Positions 41,601-56,600 of a DNA stretch of 64,000 nt are shown one piece after another. A program made the position numbers and the translations under genes. The notes below the pieces were generated by a model. It was not told the origin of the DNA. It did not search any database and saw only the letters and a program-made list of their open reading frames with translations. The DNA comes from Eledone cirrhosa (lineage: Eukaryota): assembly GCA_964016885.1 (NCBI GenBank), contig OZ024740.1:426188001-426252000 (forward strand), written 5' to 3'. Within the stretch, counting starts at the first letter, position 1. Every line of letters begins with the position of its first letter.

Positions 41601-44600
41601 GGTTTGGTAGAATGATAAAGACACATGTTATATTAGATGAGAGAATTGGGAGAGACTGATAGTTTGGTAGAAAGATAAAGACACATGTTATATTAGATGA
41701 GAGGCGTGGGAGGGATTGCTGGTTTGGTAGAAAGATAAAGACACATGTTATATTAGATGAGAGAATTGGGAAGGATTGATGGTTTGGTAGAAAGATAAAG
41801 ACACATGTTATATTAGATGAGAGAATTGGGAAGGATTGATGGTGTGGGAGAAAGATAAAGACACATGTTATATCAGATGAGAGAAATGGGAAGGATTGAT
41901 GGTTTGGTAGAAAGATAAAGACACATGTTATATTACATGAGAGAATTGGGAAGGATTGATGGTTTGGTAGAAAGATAAAGACACATGTTCTATTAGATGA
42001 GAGAATTGGGAGGGATTGATGGTTTGGTAGAAAGATAAAGACACATGTTATATTTGATGAGTGAATTGGGAAGGATTGATGGTTTGGTAGAAAGAGAAAG
42101 TCACATGTTATATTAGATGAGAGGCGTGGGAAGGATTGATGGTTTGGTAGAAAGATAAAGTCACATGTTATATTAGATGAGAGAAATGGGAAGGATTGAT
42201 GGTTTGGTAGAAAGATAGAGACACATGTGATATTACATGAGAGAAATGGGAAGGATTGATGGTTTGGTAGAAAGATAAAAACACATGTTATATTAGATGA
42301 GAGAATTGGGAGGGATTGATGGATTGGTAGAAATATAAAGACACATGTTATATTACATGAGAGGCGTGTTGGGATTGATGGTTTGGTAGAAAGATAAAGA
42401 CACATATTATATTTGATGAGAGAATTGGGAAGGATTGATGGTTTGGTAGAAAGATAAAGACACATGTTATATTAGATGAGAGAATTGGGAGGGATTGATG
42501 GTTTAGTAGAAAGATAAAGACACATGTTATATTAGAAGAGAGAATTGGGAGGGATTGATGGTTTGGTAGAAAGATAAAGACACATGTTATATTAGATGAG
42601 AGAAATGGGAAGGATTGATCGTTTGGTAGAAAGATAAAGACACATGTTATATTAGATGATAGAAATGGGAAGGATTGATGGTTTGGTAGAAAGACAAAGA
42701 CATATGTTATATTACATGACAGGCGTGGGAGGGATTGATGGTTTGGTAGAAAGAGAAAGACACATGTTATAATAGATGAGAGGAATGGGAAGGATTGATG
42801 GTTTGGTAGAAGGATAAAGACACATGTTATATTAGGTGAGAGAATTGAGAGGGATTGATGGTTTGGTAGAAAGATAAAGAGACATGTTATATTGGATGAG
42901 AGAATTGGGAGAGATTGATAGTTTGGTAGAAAGATAAAGACACATGTTATATTAGATGAGAGGCGTGGGAGGGATTGCTGGTTTGGTAGAAAGATAAAGA
43001 CACATGTTATATTAGATGAGAGAATTGGGAAGGATTGATGGCGTGGTAGAAAGATAAAGACACATGTTATATTAGATGAGAGAATTGGGAAGGATTGATG
43101 GTTTGGTAGAAAGATAAAGACACATGTTATATCAGATGAGAGAAATGGGAAGGATTGATGGTTTGGTAGAAAGATAAAGACACATGTTATATTACATGAG
43201 AGAATTGGGAAGGATTGATGGTTTGGTAGAAAGATAAAGACACATGTTCTATTAGATGAGAGAATGGGGAGGGATTGATGGTTTGGTAGAAAGATAAAGA
43301 CACATGTTATATTTGATGAGAGAATTGGGAAGGATTGATGGTTTGGTAGAAAGATAAAGACACATGTTATATTAGATGAGAGGCGTGGGAAGGATTGATG
43401 GTTTGGTAGAAAGATAAAGTCACATGTTATATTAGATGAGAGAAATGGGAAGGATTGATGGTTTGGTAGAAAGATAAAGACACATGTTATATTACATGAG
43501 AGAAATGGGAAGGATTGATGGTTTGGTAGAAAGATAAAGACACATATTATATTTGATGAGAGAATTGGGAAGGATTGATGGTTTGGTAGAAAGATAAAGA
43601 CACATGTTATATTAGATGAGAGAAATGGGAGGGATTGATGGTTTGGTAGAAAGATAAAGACACATGTTATATTAGAAGAGAGAATTGGGAGGGATTGATG
43701 GTTTGGTAGAAAGATAAAGACACATGTTATATTAGATGATGGAAATGGGAAGGATTGATCGTTTGGTAGAAAGATAAAGACACATGTTATATTAGATGAT
43801 AGAAATGAGAAGGATTGGTGGTTTGGTAGAAAGATAAAGACACATGGTACATTTGATGAGAGAAATGGGAAGGATTGATGGTTTGGTAGAAAGTTAAAGA
43901 CATATGTTATATTACATGACAGGCGTGGGAGGGATTGATGGTTTGGTAGAAAGAGAAAGACACATGTTATAATAGATGAGAGAAATGGGAAGGATTGATG
44001 GTTTGGTAGAAAGATAATGACACATGTTATATTAGATGAGAGAATTGGGAGGGATTGATGGTTGGTAGAAAGATAAAGACACATGTTATATTAGAAGGGA
44101 GAATTGGGAAGGATTGATGGTTTGGTAGAAAGATAAAGACACATGTTATATTACATGAGAGAAATGGGAAGGATTGATGGTTTGGTAGAAGGATAAAGAC
44201 ACATGTTATATTAGGTGAGAGAATTGAGAGGGATTGATGGTTTGGTAGAAAGATAAAGACACATGTTATATTGGATGAGAGAATTGGGAAGGATTGGTGG
44301 TTTGGTAGAAAGATAAAGACACATGTTAAATTACGTGAAAGAAATGGGAAGGATTTATGGTTTGGTAGAAAGATAAAGACACATGTTATATTAGATGAGA
44401 GAATTGGGAAGGATTGGTGGTTTGGTAGAATGATAAAGACACATGTTATATTAGATGAGAGAATTTGGAGAGATTGATGGTTTGGTAGAAAGATAAAGAC
44501 ACATGTTATATTAGATGAGAGAATTGGGAAGGATTGATGGTTTGGTAGAAAGATTAAGACACATGTTATAATAGATGTGAGAAATGGGAAGGATTGATGG

Positions 44601-47600
44601 TTTGGTAGAAAGATAAAGACACATGTTATATTACATGAGAGAAATGGGAAGGATTGATGGTTTGGTAGAAAGATAAAGACACATGTTATATTAGAAGAGA
44701 GAATTGGGAAAGATTGATGGTTTGGTAGAAAGATAAAGACACATGTTATATTACATGAGAGAAATGGGAAGAATTGATGGTTTGGTAGAAAGATAAAAAC
44801 ACATGTTATATTAGATGAGATTTTGGGAAGGATTGGTGGTTTGGTAGAAAGATAAAGACACATGTTCTATTAGATGAGAGAATTGGGAGGGATTGATGGT
44901 TTGGTAGAAAGATAAAGACACATGTTATATTTGATGAGAGAATTGGGAAGGATTGATGGTTTGGTAGAAAGATAAAGACACATGTTATATTAGATGAGAG
45001 GCGTGGGAAGGATTGATGGTTTGGTAGAAAGATAAAGACACATGTTATATTAGATGAGAGAAATGGGAAGGATTGATGGTTTGGTAGAAAGATAAAGACA
45101 CATGTTATATTACATGAGAGAAATGGGAAGGATTAATGGTTTGGTAGAAAGATAAAAACACATGTTATATTAAATGAGAGAATTGGGAGGGATTGATGGA
45201 TTGGTAGAAATATAAAGACACATGTTATATTACATGAGAGGCGTGGGAGGGATTGATGGTTTGGTAGAAAGATAAAGACACATGTTATATTTGATGAGAG
45301 AATTGGGAAGGATTGATGGTTTGGTAGAAAGATAAAGACACATGTTATATTAGATGAGAGAATTGGGTGGGATTGATGGTTTGGTAGAAAGATAAAGACA
45401 CATGTTATATTAGATGAGAGAATTGGGAGGGATTCATGGTTTGGTAGAAAGATAAATACACATGTTATATTAGATGAGAGAATTGGGAGGGATTGATGGT
45501 TTGGTAGAAAGATAAAGACACATGTTATATTAGAAGAGGGAATTGGGAAGGATTGATGGTTTGGTAGAAAGATAAAGACACATGTTATATTACAAGAGAG
45601 AAATGGGAAGGATTGATGGTTTGGTAGAAAGATAAAAACACATGTTATATTAGATGAGAGAATTGGGAAGGATTGGTGGTTTGGTAGAATGATAAAGACA
45701 CATGTTATATTAGATGAGAGAATTGGGAGAGATTGATGGTTTTGTAGAAAGATAAAGACACATGTTATATTAGATGAGAGGCGTGGGAGGGATTGATGGT
45801 TTGGTAGAAAGATAAAGACACATGTTATATTAGATGAGAGAATTGGGTGGGATTGATGGTTTGGTGGAAAGATAAAGACACATGTTATATTAGATGAGAG
45901 AATTGGGAGGGATTGATGGTTTGGTAGAAAGATAAAGACACATGTTTTATTAGATGAGAGAAATGGGAAGGATTGATGGTTTGGTAGAAAGATAAAAACA
46001 CATGTTATATTAGATGAGAGAATTGGGAGGGATTGATGGATTGGTAGAAAGATAAAGAGACATGTTATATTACATGAGAGGCGTGGGGGGGATTGATGGT
46101 TTGGTAGAAAGATAAAGACACATGTTATATTTGATGAGAGAATTGGGAAGGATTGATGGTTTGGTAGAAAGATAAAGACACATGTTATATTAGATGAAAG
46201 AATTGGGAGGGATTGATGGTTTGGTAGAAAGAGAAAGACACATGTTATAGTAGAAGAGAGAATTGGGAGGGATTGATGGTTTGGTAGAAAGATAAAGACA
46301 CATGTTATATTAGATGAGAGAATTGGGAGGGATTGATGGTTTGGTAGAAAGATAAATACACATGTTATATTAGATGAGAGAATTGGGAGAGATTGATGGT
46401 TTGGTAGAAAGATAAAGACACATGTTATATTAGATGAGAGAATTGGGTGGGATTGATGGTTTGGTAGAAAGATAAAGACCCATGTTATATTAGATGAGAG
46501 AATTGGTAGAGATTGATGGTTTGGTAGAAAGATAAAGACATATGTTATATTACATGACAGGCGTGGGAGGGATTGATGGTTTGGTAGAAAGATAAAGACA
46601 CATGTTATATTACATGAGAGAAATGGGAGGGGATTGATGGTTTGGTAGAAAGATAAAGACACATGTTATATTAGAAGAGAGAATTGGGAAGGATTGATGG
46701 TTTGGTAGAAAGATAAAGACACATGTTATATTACATGAGAGGCGTGGGAGGGATTGATGGTTTGGTAGAAAGATAAAGACACATGTTATATTTGATGAGA
46801 GAATTGGGAAGGATTGATGGTTTGGTAGAAAGATAAAGACACATGTTATATTAGATGAGAGGCGTGGGAAGGATTGATGGTTTGGTAGAAAGATAAAGAC
46901 ACATGTTATATTAGATGAGAGAAATGGGAAGGATTGATGGTTTGGTAGAAAGATAAAGACACATGTTATATTACATGAGAGAAATGGGAAGGATTAATGG
47001 TTTGGTAGAAAGATAAAAACACATGTTATATTAGATGAGAGAATTGGGAGGGATTGATGGATTGGTAGAAATATAAAGACACATGTTATATTACATGAGA
47101 GGCGTGGGAGGGATTGATGGTTTGGTAGAAAGATAAAGACACATGTTATATTTGATGAGAGAATTGGGAAGGATTGATGGTTTGGTAGAAAGATAAAGAC
47201 ACATGTTATATTAGATGAGAGAATTGGGTGGGATTGATGGTTTGGTAGAAAGATAAAGACACATGTTATATTAGATGCGAGAATTGGGAGGGATTCATGG
47301 TTTGGTAGAAAGATAAATACACATGTTATATTAGATGAGAGAATTGGGAGGGATTGATGGTTTGGTAGAAAGATAAAGACACATGTTATATTAGAAGAGG
47401 GAATTGGGAAGGATTGATGGTTTGGTAGAAAGATAAAGACACATGTTATATTAGAAGAGAGAATTGGGAAAGATTGATGGTTTGGTAGAAAGATAAAGAC
47501 ACATGTTATATTACATGAGAGAAATGGGAAGAATTGATGGTTTGGTAGAAAGATAAAAACACATGTTATATTAGATGAGATTTTGGGAAGGATTGGTGGT

Positions 47601-50600
47601 TTGGTAGAAAGATAAAGACACATGTTCTATTAGATGAGAGAATTGGGAGGGATTGATGGTTTGGTAGAAAGATAAAGACACATGTTATATTTGATGAGAG
47701 AATTGGGAAGGATTGATGGTTTGGTAGAAAGATAAAGACACATGTTATATTAGATGAGAGGCGAGGGAAGGATTGATGGTTTGGTAGAAAGATAAAGACA
47801 CATGTTATATTAGATGAGAGAAATGGGAAGGATTGATGGTTTGGTAGAAAGATAAAGACACATGTTATATTACATGAGAGAAATGGGAAGGATTAATGGT
47901 TTGGTAGAAAGATAAAAACACATGTTATATTAGATGAGAGAATTGGGACGGATTGATGGATTGGTAGAAATATAAAGACACATGTTATATTACATGAGAG
48001 GCGTGGGAGGGATTGATGGTTTGGTAGAAAGATAAAGACACATGTTATATTTGATGAGAGAATTGGGAAGGATTGATGGTTTGGTAGAAAGATAATGACA
48101 CATGTTATATTAGATGAGAGAATTGGGTGGGATTGATGGTTTGGTAGAAAGATAAAGACACATGTTATATTAGATGAGAGAATTGGGAGGGATTCATGGT
48201 TTGGTAGAAAGATAAATACACATGTTATATTAGATGAGAGAATTGGGAGGGATTGATGGTTTGGTAGAAAGATAAAGACACATGTTATATTAGAAGAGGG
48301 AATTGGGAAGGATTGATGGTTTGGTAGAAAGATAAAGACACATGTTATATTACAAGAGAGAAATGGGAAGGATTGATGGTTTGGTAGAAAGATAAAAACA
48401 CATGTTATATTAGATGAGAGAATTGGGAAGGATTGGTGGTTTGGTAGAATGATAAAGACACATGTTATATTAGATGAGAGAATTGGGAGAGATTGATGGT
48501 TTTGTAGAAAGATAAAGACACATGTTATATTAGATGAGAGGCGTGGGAGGGATTGATGGTTTGGTAGAAAGATAAAGACACATGTTATATTAGATGAGAG
48601 AATTGGGTGGGATTGATGGTTTGGTGGAAAGATAAAGACACATGTTATATTAGATGAGAGAATTGGGAGGGATTGATGCTTTGGTAGAAAGATAAATACA
48701 CATGTTATATTAGATGAGAGAATTGGGAGGGATTGATGGTTTGGTAGAAAGATAAAGACACATGTTTTATTAGATGAGAGAAATGGGAAGGATTGATGGT
48801 TTGGTAGAAAGATAAAAACACATGTTATATTAGATGAGAGAATTGGGAGGGATTGATGGATTGGTAGAAAGATAAAGAGACATGTTATATTACATGAGAG
48901 GCGTGGGGGGGATTGATGGTTTGGTAGAAAGATAAAGACACATGTTATATTTGATGAGAGAATTGGGAAGGATTGATGGTTTGGTAGAAAGATAAAGACA
49001 CATGTTATATTAGATGAAAGAATTGGGAGGGATTGATGGTTTGGTAGAAAGAGAAAGACACATGTTATAGTAGAAGAGAGAATTGGGAGGGATTGATGGT
49101 TTGGTAGAAAGATAAAGACACATGTTATATTAGATGAGAGAATTGGGAGGGATTGATGGTTTGGTAGAAAGATAAATACACATGTTATATTAGATGAGAG
49201 AATTGTGAGAGATTGATGGTTTGGTAGAAAGATAAAGACACATGTTATATTAGATGAGAGAATTGGGTGGGATTGATGGTTTGGTAGAAAGATAAAGACC
49301 CATGTTATATTAGATGAGAGAATTGGGAGAGATTGATGGTTTGGTAGAAAGATAAAGACATATGTTATATTACATGACAGGCGTGGGAGGGATTGATGGT
49401 TTGGTAGAAAGATAAAGACACATGTTATATTACATGAGAGAAATGGGAGGGGATTGATGGTTTGGTAGAAAGATAAAGACACATGTTATATTAGAAGAGA
49501 GAATTGGGAAGGATTGATGGTTTGGTAGAAAGATAAAGACACATGTTATATTACATGAGAGGCGTGGGAGGGATTGATGGTTTGGTAGAAAGATAAAGAC
49601 ACATGTTATATTTGATGAGAGAATTGGGAAGGATTGATGGTTTGGTAGAAAGATAAAGACACATGTTATATTAGATGAGAGGCGTGGGAAGGATTGATGG
49701 TTTGGTAGAAAGATAAAGACACATGTTATATTAGATGAGAGAAATGGGAAGGATTGATGGTTTGGTAGAAAGATAAAGACACATGTTATATTACATGAGA
49801 GAAATGGGAAGGATTAATGGTTTGGTAGAAAGATAAAAACACATGTTATATTAGATGAGAGAATTGGGAGGGATTGATGGATTGGTAGAAATATAAAGAC
49901 ACATGTTATATTACATGAGAGGCGTGGGAGGGATTGATGGTTTGGTAGAAAGATAAAGACACATGTTATATTTGATGAGAGAATTGGGAAGGATTGATGG
50001 TTTGGTAGAAAGATAAAGACACATGTTATATTAGATGAGAGAATTGGGTGGGATTGATGGTTTGGTAGAAAGATAAAGACACATGTTATATTAGATGCGA
50101 GAATTGGGAGGGATTCATGGTTTGGTAGAAAGATAAATACACATGTTATATTAGATGAGAGAATTGGGAGGGATTGATGGTTTGGTAGAAAGATAAAGAC
50201 ACATGTTATATTAGAAGAGGGAATTGGGAAGGATTGATGGTTTGGTAGAAAGATAAAGACACATGTTATATTACAAGAGAGAAATGGGAAGGATTGATGG
50301 TTTGTTAGAAAGATAAAAACACATGTTATATTAGATGAGAGAATTGGGAAGGATTGGTGGTTTGGTAGAATGATAAAGACACATGTTATATTAGATGAGA
50401 GAATTGGGAGAGATTGATGGTTTTGTAGAAAGATAAAGACACATGTTATATTAGATGAGAGGCGTGGGAGGGATTGATGGTTTGGTAGAAAGATAAAGAC
50501 ACATGTTATATTAGATGAGAGAATTGGGTGGGATTGATGGTTTGGTGGAAAGATAAAGACACATGTTATATTAGATGAGAGAATTGGGAGGGATTGATGG

Positions 50601-53600
50601 TTTGGTAGAAAGATAAATACACATGTTATATTAGATGAGAGAATTGGGAGGGATTGATGGTTTGGTAGAAAGATAAAGACACATGTTTTATTAGATGAGA
50701 GAAATGGGAAGGATTGATGGTTTGGTAGAAAGATAAAAACACATGTTATATTAGATGAGAGAATTGGGAGGGATTGATGGATTGGTAGAAAGATAAAGAG
50801 ACATGTTATATTACATGAGAGGCGTGGGGGGGATTGATGGTTTGGTAGAAAGATAAAGACACATGTTATATTTGATGAGAGAATTGGGAAGGATTGATGG
50901 TTTGGTAGAAAGATAAAGACACATGTTATATTAGATGAAAGAATTGGGAGGGATTGATGGTTTGGTAGAAAGAGAAAGACACATGTTATATTAGATGAGA
51001 GAATTGGGAGGGATTGATGGTTTGGTAGAAAGATAAATACACATGTTATATTAGATGAGAGAATTGGGAGAGATTGATGGTTTGGTAGAAAGATAAAGAC
51101 ACATGTTATATTAGATGAGAGAATTGGGTGGGATTGATGGTTTGGTAGAAAGATAAAGACCCATGTTATATTAGATGAGAGAATTGGGAGAGATTGATGG
51201 TTTGGTAGAAAGATAAAGACATATGTTATATTACATGACAGGCGTGGGAGGGATTGATGGTTTGGTAGAAAGATAAAGACACATGTTATATTACATGAGA
51301 GAAATGGGAGGGGATTGATGGTTTGGTAGAAAGATAAAAACACATGTTATATTAGATGAGATAATTGGGAGGGGATTGATGGTTTGGTAGAAAGATAAAG
51401 ACACATGTTATATTAGAAGAGAGAATTGGGAAGGATTGATGGTTTTTGTAGAAAGATAAAGACACATGTTTTATTAAAAAGAGAGAAATGGGAAGGATTG
51501 ATGGTTTGGTAGAAAGATAAAAACACATGTTATATTAGATGAGAGAATTGGGAAGGATTGGTGGTTTTGTAGAATGATAAAGACACATGTTATATTAGAT
51601 GAGAGAATTGGGAGAGATTGATGGTTTGGTAGAAAGATAAAGACACATGTTATATTACATGAGAGGCGTGGGAGGGATTGATGGTTTGGTAGAAAGATAA
51701 AGACACATGTTATATTAGATGAGAGAATTGGGAGGGATTGATGGTTTGGTAGAAAGATAAAGACACATGTTATATTTGATGAGAGAATTGGGAAGGATTG
51801 ATGGTTTGGTAGAAAGATAAAGACACATGTTATATTAGATGAGAGAATTGGGAGGGATTGATGGTTTGGTAGAAAGATAAAGACACATGTTATATTAGAT
51901 GAGAGGCGTGGGAGGGATTGATGGTTTGGTAGAAAGATAAAGACACATGTTATATTAGATGAGAGAATTGGGAAGGATTGGTGGTTTGGTAGAATGATAA
52001 AGACACATGTTATATTAGATGAGAGAATTGGGAAGGATTGATGGTTTGGTAGAAAGATAAAGACACATGTTATATTAGATGAGAGAATTGGGAAGGATTG
52101 ATGGTTTGGTAGAAAGATAAAGACACATGTTATATTAGATGAGAGAATTGGGAAGGATTGATGGTTTGGTAGAAAGATAAAGACACATGTTATATTAGAT
52201 GAGAGAATTGGGAAGGATTGATGGTGTGGTAGAAAGATAAAGACACATGTTATATCAGATGAGAGAAATGGGAAGGATTGATGGTTTGGTAGAAAGATAA
52301 AGACACATGTTATATTAGAAGGGAGAATTGGGAAGGATTGATGGTTTGGTAGAAAGATAAAGACACATGTTATATTACATGAGAGAAATGGGAAGGATTG
52401 ATGGTTTGGTAGAAAGATAAAGACACATGTTATATTAGGTGAGAGAATTGAGAGGGATTGATGGTTTGGTAGAAAGATAAAGACACATGTTATATTGGAT
52501 GAGAGAATTGGGAAGGATTGGTGGTTTGGTAGAAAGATAAAGACACATGTTATATTACATGAAAGAAATGGGAAGGATTGATGGTTTGGTAGAAAGATAA
52601 AGACACATGTTATATTACATGAAAGAAATGGGAAGGATTGATGGTTTGGTAGAAAGATAAAGAGACATGTTATATTAGATGAGAGAATTGGGAAGGATTG
52701 GTGGTTTGGTAGAATGATAAAGACACATGTTATATTAGATGAGAGAATTGGGAAGGATTGATGGTTTGGTAGAAAGATAAAGACACATGTTATATTACAT
52801 GAAAGAAATGGGAAGGATTGGTGGTTTGGTAGAAAGATAAAGACTGATGTTATATTACATGAAAAAATGGGAAGGATTGGTGGTTTGGTAGAAAGATAAA
52901 GACACATGTTATATTAGATGAGAGAATTGGGAGAGATTGATGGTTTGGTAGAAAGATAAAGACACATGTTATATTAGATGAGAGAATTGGGAGGGATTGA
53001 TGGTTTGGTAGAAAGATAAAGACACGTGTTATATTAGATGAGAGGCGTGGGAGGTACTGATGGTTTGGTAGAAAGATAAAGACACATGTTATATAACATG
53101 AGAGAATTGGGAGGGATTGATGGTTTGGTAGAAAGATAAAGACACATGTTATATTGGATGAGAGAATTGGGAGGGATTGATGGTTTGGTAGAAAGATAAA
53201 GACACATGTTATATTACATGAGAGAATTGGGAAGGATTGATGGTTTAGTAGAAAGATAAAGACAAATGTTATATTAGATGAGAGAATTGGGAGGGATTGA
53301 TGGTTTGGTAGAAAGATAAAGACACATGTTATATTAGATGAGAGAATTGGGAAGGATTGATAGTTTGATAGAAAGATAAAGACACGTGTTATATTAGATG
53401 GGAGAATTGGGAAGGATTGATGGTTTGGTAGAAAGTTAAAGACACATGTTATATTAGATGAGAGAAATGGGAAGGATTGATGGTTTGGTAGAAAGATAAA
53501 GACACATGTTATATTACATGAGAGAAATGGGAAGGATTGATGGTTTGGTAGAAAGATAAAGACACATGTTATATTAGATGAGAGAAATGGGAAGGATTGA

Positions 53601-56600
53601 TGGTTTGGTAGAAAGATAAAGACACATGTTATACTACATGAGATAAATGGGAAGGATTGATGCTTTGGTAGAAAGATAAAGAGACATGTTATATTAGATG
53701 AGAGAATTGGGAGGGATTGATGCTTTGGTAGAAAGATAAAGACACATGTTATATTAGATGAGAGAATTGGGACGGATTGATGGTTTGGTAGAAAGATAAA
53801 GACACATGTTATATTAGATGAGAGAATTGGGAAGGATTGATGGTTTGGTAGAAAGATAAAGACACATGTTATATTAGATGAGAGAAATGGGAAGGATTAA
53901 TGGTTTCGTAGAAAGATAAAGACACATGTTATATTAGATGAGAGAATTGGGAGGGATTGATAGTTTGGTAGAAAGATAATGACACATGTTATATTACATG
54001 AGAGGCGTGGGAGGGATTGATGGTTTGGTAGAAAGATAAAACACATGTTATATTACATGAGAGAAATGGGAAGGGTTGATGGTTTGGTAGAAAGATAAAG
54101 ACATATGTTATATTACATGACAGGCGTGGGAGGGATTGATGGTTTGGTAGAAAGATAAAGACACATGTTATATTACATGAGAGAAATGGGAGGGGATTGA
54201 TGGTTTGGTAGAAAGATAAAGACACATGTTATATTAGAAGAGAGAATTGGGAAGGATTGATGGTTTGTTAGAAAGATAAAGACACATGTTATATTACAAG
54301 AGAGAAATGGGAAGGATTGATGATTTGGTAGAAAGATAAAAACACATGTTATATTAGATGAGATAATTGGGAAGGATTGGTGGTTTGGTAGAATGATAAA
54401 GACACATGTTATATTAGATGAGAGAATTGGGAGAGATTGATGGTTTGGTAGAAAGATAAAGACACATGTTATATTACATGAGAGAAATGGGAAGGATTGA
54501 TGGTTTGGTAGAAAGATAAAGACACATGTTATATTAGATGAGATAATTGGGAGGGATTGATGGTTTGGTAAAAAGATAAAGTCACATGTTCTATTAGATG
54601 AGAGAATTTGGAGGGGATTGATGGTTTGGTAGAAAGATAAAGACACATGTTATATTAGAAGAGAGAATTGGGAAGGATTGATGGTTTTTGTAGAAAGATA
54701 AAGACACATGTTATATTACAAGAGAGAAATGGGAAGGATTGATGGTTTGGTAGAAAGATAAAAACACATGTTATATTAGATGAGAGAATTGGGAAGGATT
54801 GGTGGTTTTGTAGAATGATAAAGACACATGTTATATTAGATGAGAGAATTGGGAGAGATTGATGGTTTGGTAGAAAGATAAAGACACATGTTATATTACA
54901 TGAGAGGCGTGGGAGGGATTGATGGTTTGGTAGAAAGATAAAGACACATGTTATATTAGATGAGAGAATTGGGAGGGATTGATGGTTCGGTAGAAAGATA
55001 AAGACACATGTTATATTTGATGAGAGAATTGGGAAGGATTGATGGTTTGGTAGAAAGATAAAGACACATGTTATATTAGATGAGAGAATTGGGAGGGATT
55101 GATGGTTTGGTAGAAAGATAAAGACACATGTTATATTAGATGAGAGGCGTGGGAGGGATTGATGGTTTGGTAGAAAGATAAAGACACATGTTATATTAGA
55201 TGAGAGAATTGGGAAGGATTGGTGGTTTGGTAGAATGATAAAGACACATGTTATATTAGATGAGAGAATTGGGAAGGATTGATGGTTTGGTAGAAAGATA
55301 AAGACACGTGTTATATTAGATGAGAGAATTGGGAAGGATTGATGGTTTGGTAGAAAGATAAAGACACATGTTATATTAGATGAGAGAATTGGGAAGGATT
55401 GATGGTGTGGTAGAAAGATAAAGACACATGTTATATCAGATGAGAGAAATGGGAAGGATTGATGGTTTGGTAGAAAGATAAAGACACATGTTATATTAGA
55501 AGGGAGAATTGGGAAGGATTGATGGTTTGGTAGAAAGATAAAGACACATGTTATATTACATGAGAGAAATGGGAAGGATTGATGGTTTGGTAGAAAGATA
55601 AAGACACATGTTATATTCGGTGAGAGAATTGAGAGGGATTGATGGTTTGGTAGAAAGATAAAGACACATGTTATATTGGATGAGAGAATTGGGAAGGATT
55701 GATGGTTTGGTAGAAAGATAAAGACACATGTTATATTACATGAAAGAAATGGGAAGGATTGATGGTTTGGTAGAAAGATAAAGACACATGTTATATTACA
55801 TGAAAGAAATGGGAAGGATTGATGGTTTGGTAGAAAGATAAAGAGACATGTTATATTAGATAAGAGAATTGGGAAGGATTGGTGGTTTGGTAGAATGATA
55901 AAGACACATGTTATATTAGATGAGAGAATTGGGAAGGATTGATGGTTTGGTAGAAAGATAAAGACACATGTTATATTACATGAAAGAAATGGGAAGGATT
56001 GGTGGTTTGGTAGAAAGATAAAGACTGATGTTATATTACATGAAAAAATGGGAAGGATTGGTGGTTTGGTAGAAAGATAAAGACACATGTTATATTAGAT
56101 GAGAGAATTGGGAGAGATTGATGGTTTGGTAGAAAGATAAAGACACATGTTATATTAGATGAGAGAATTGGGAGGGATTGATGGTTTGGTAGAAAGATAA
56201 AGACACGTGTTATATTAGATAAGAGGCGTGGGAGGGACTGATGGTTTGGTAGAAAGATAAATACACATGTTATATAACATGAGAGAATTGGGAGGGATTG
56301 ATGGTTTGGTAGAAAGATAAAGACACATGTTATATTGGATGAGAGAATTGGGAGGGATTGATGGTTTGGTAGAAAGATAAAGACAAATGTTATATTAGAT
56401 GAGAGAATTGGGAGGGATTGATGGTTTGGTAGAAAGATAAAGACACATGTTATATTAGATGAGAGAATTGGGAAGGATTGATGGTTTGGTAGAAAGATAA
56501 AGACACGTGTTATATTAGATGGGAGAATTGGGAAGGATTGATGGTTTGGTAGAAAGTTAAAGACACATGTTATATTAGATGAGAGAAATGGGAAGATTGA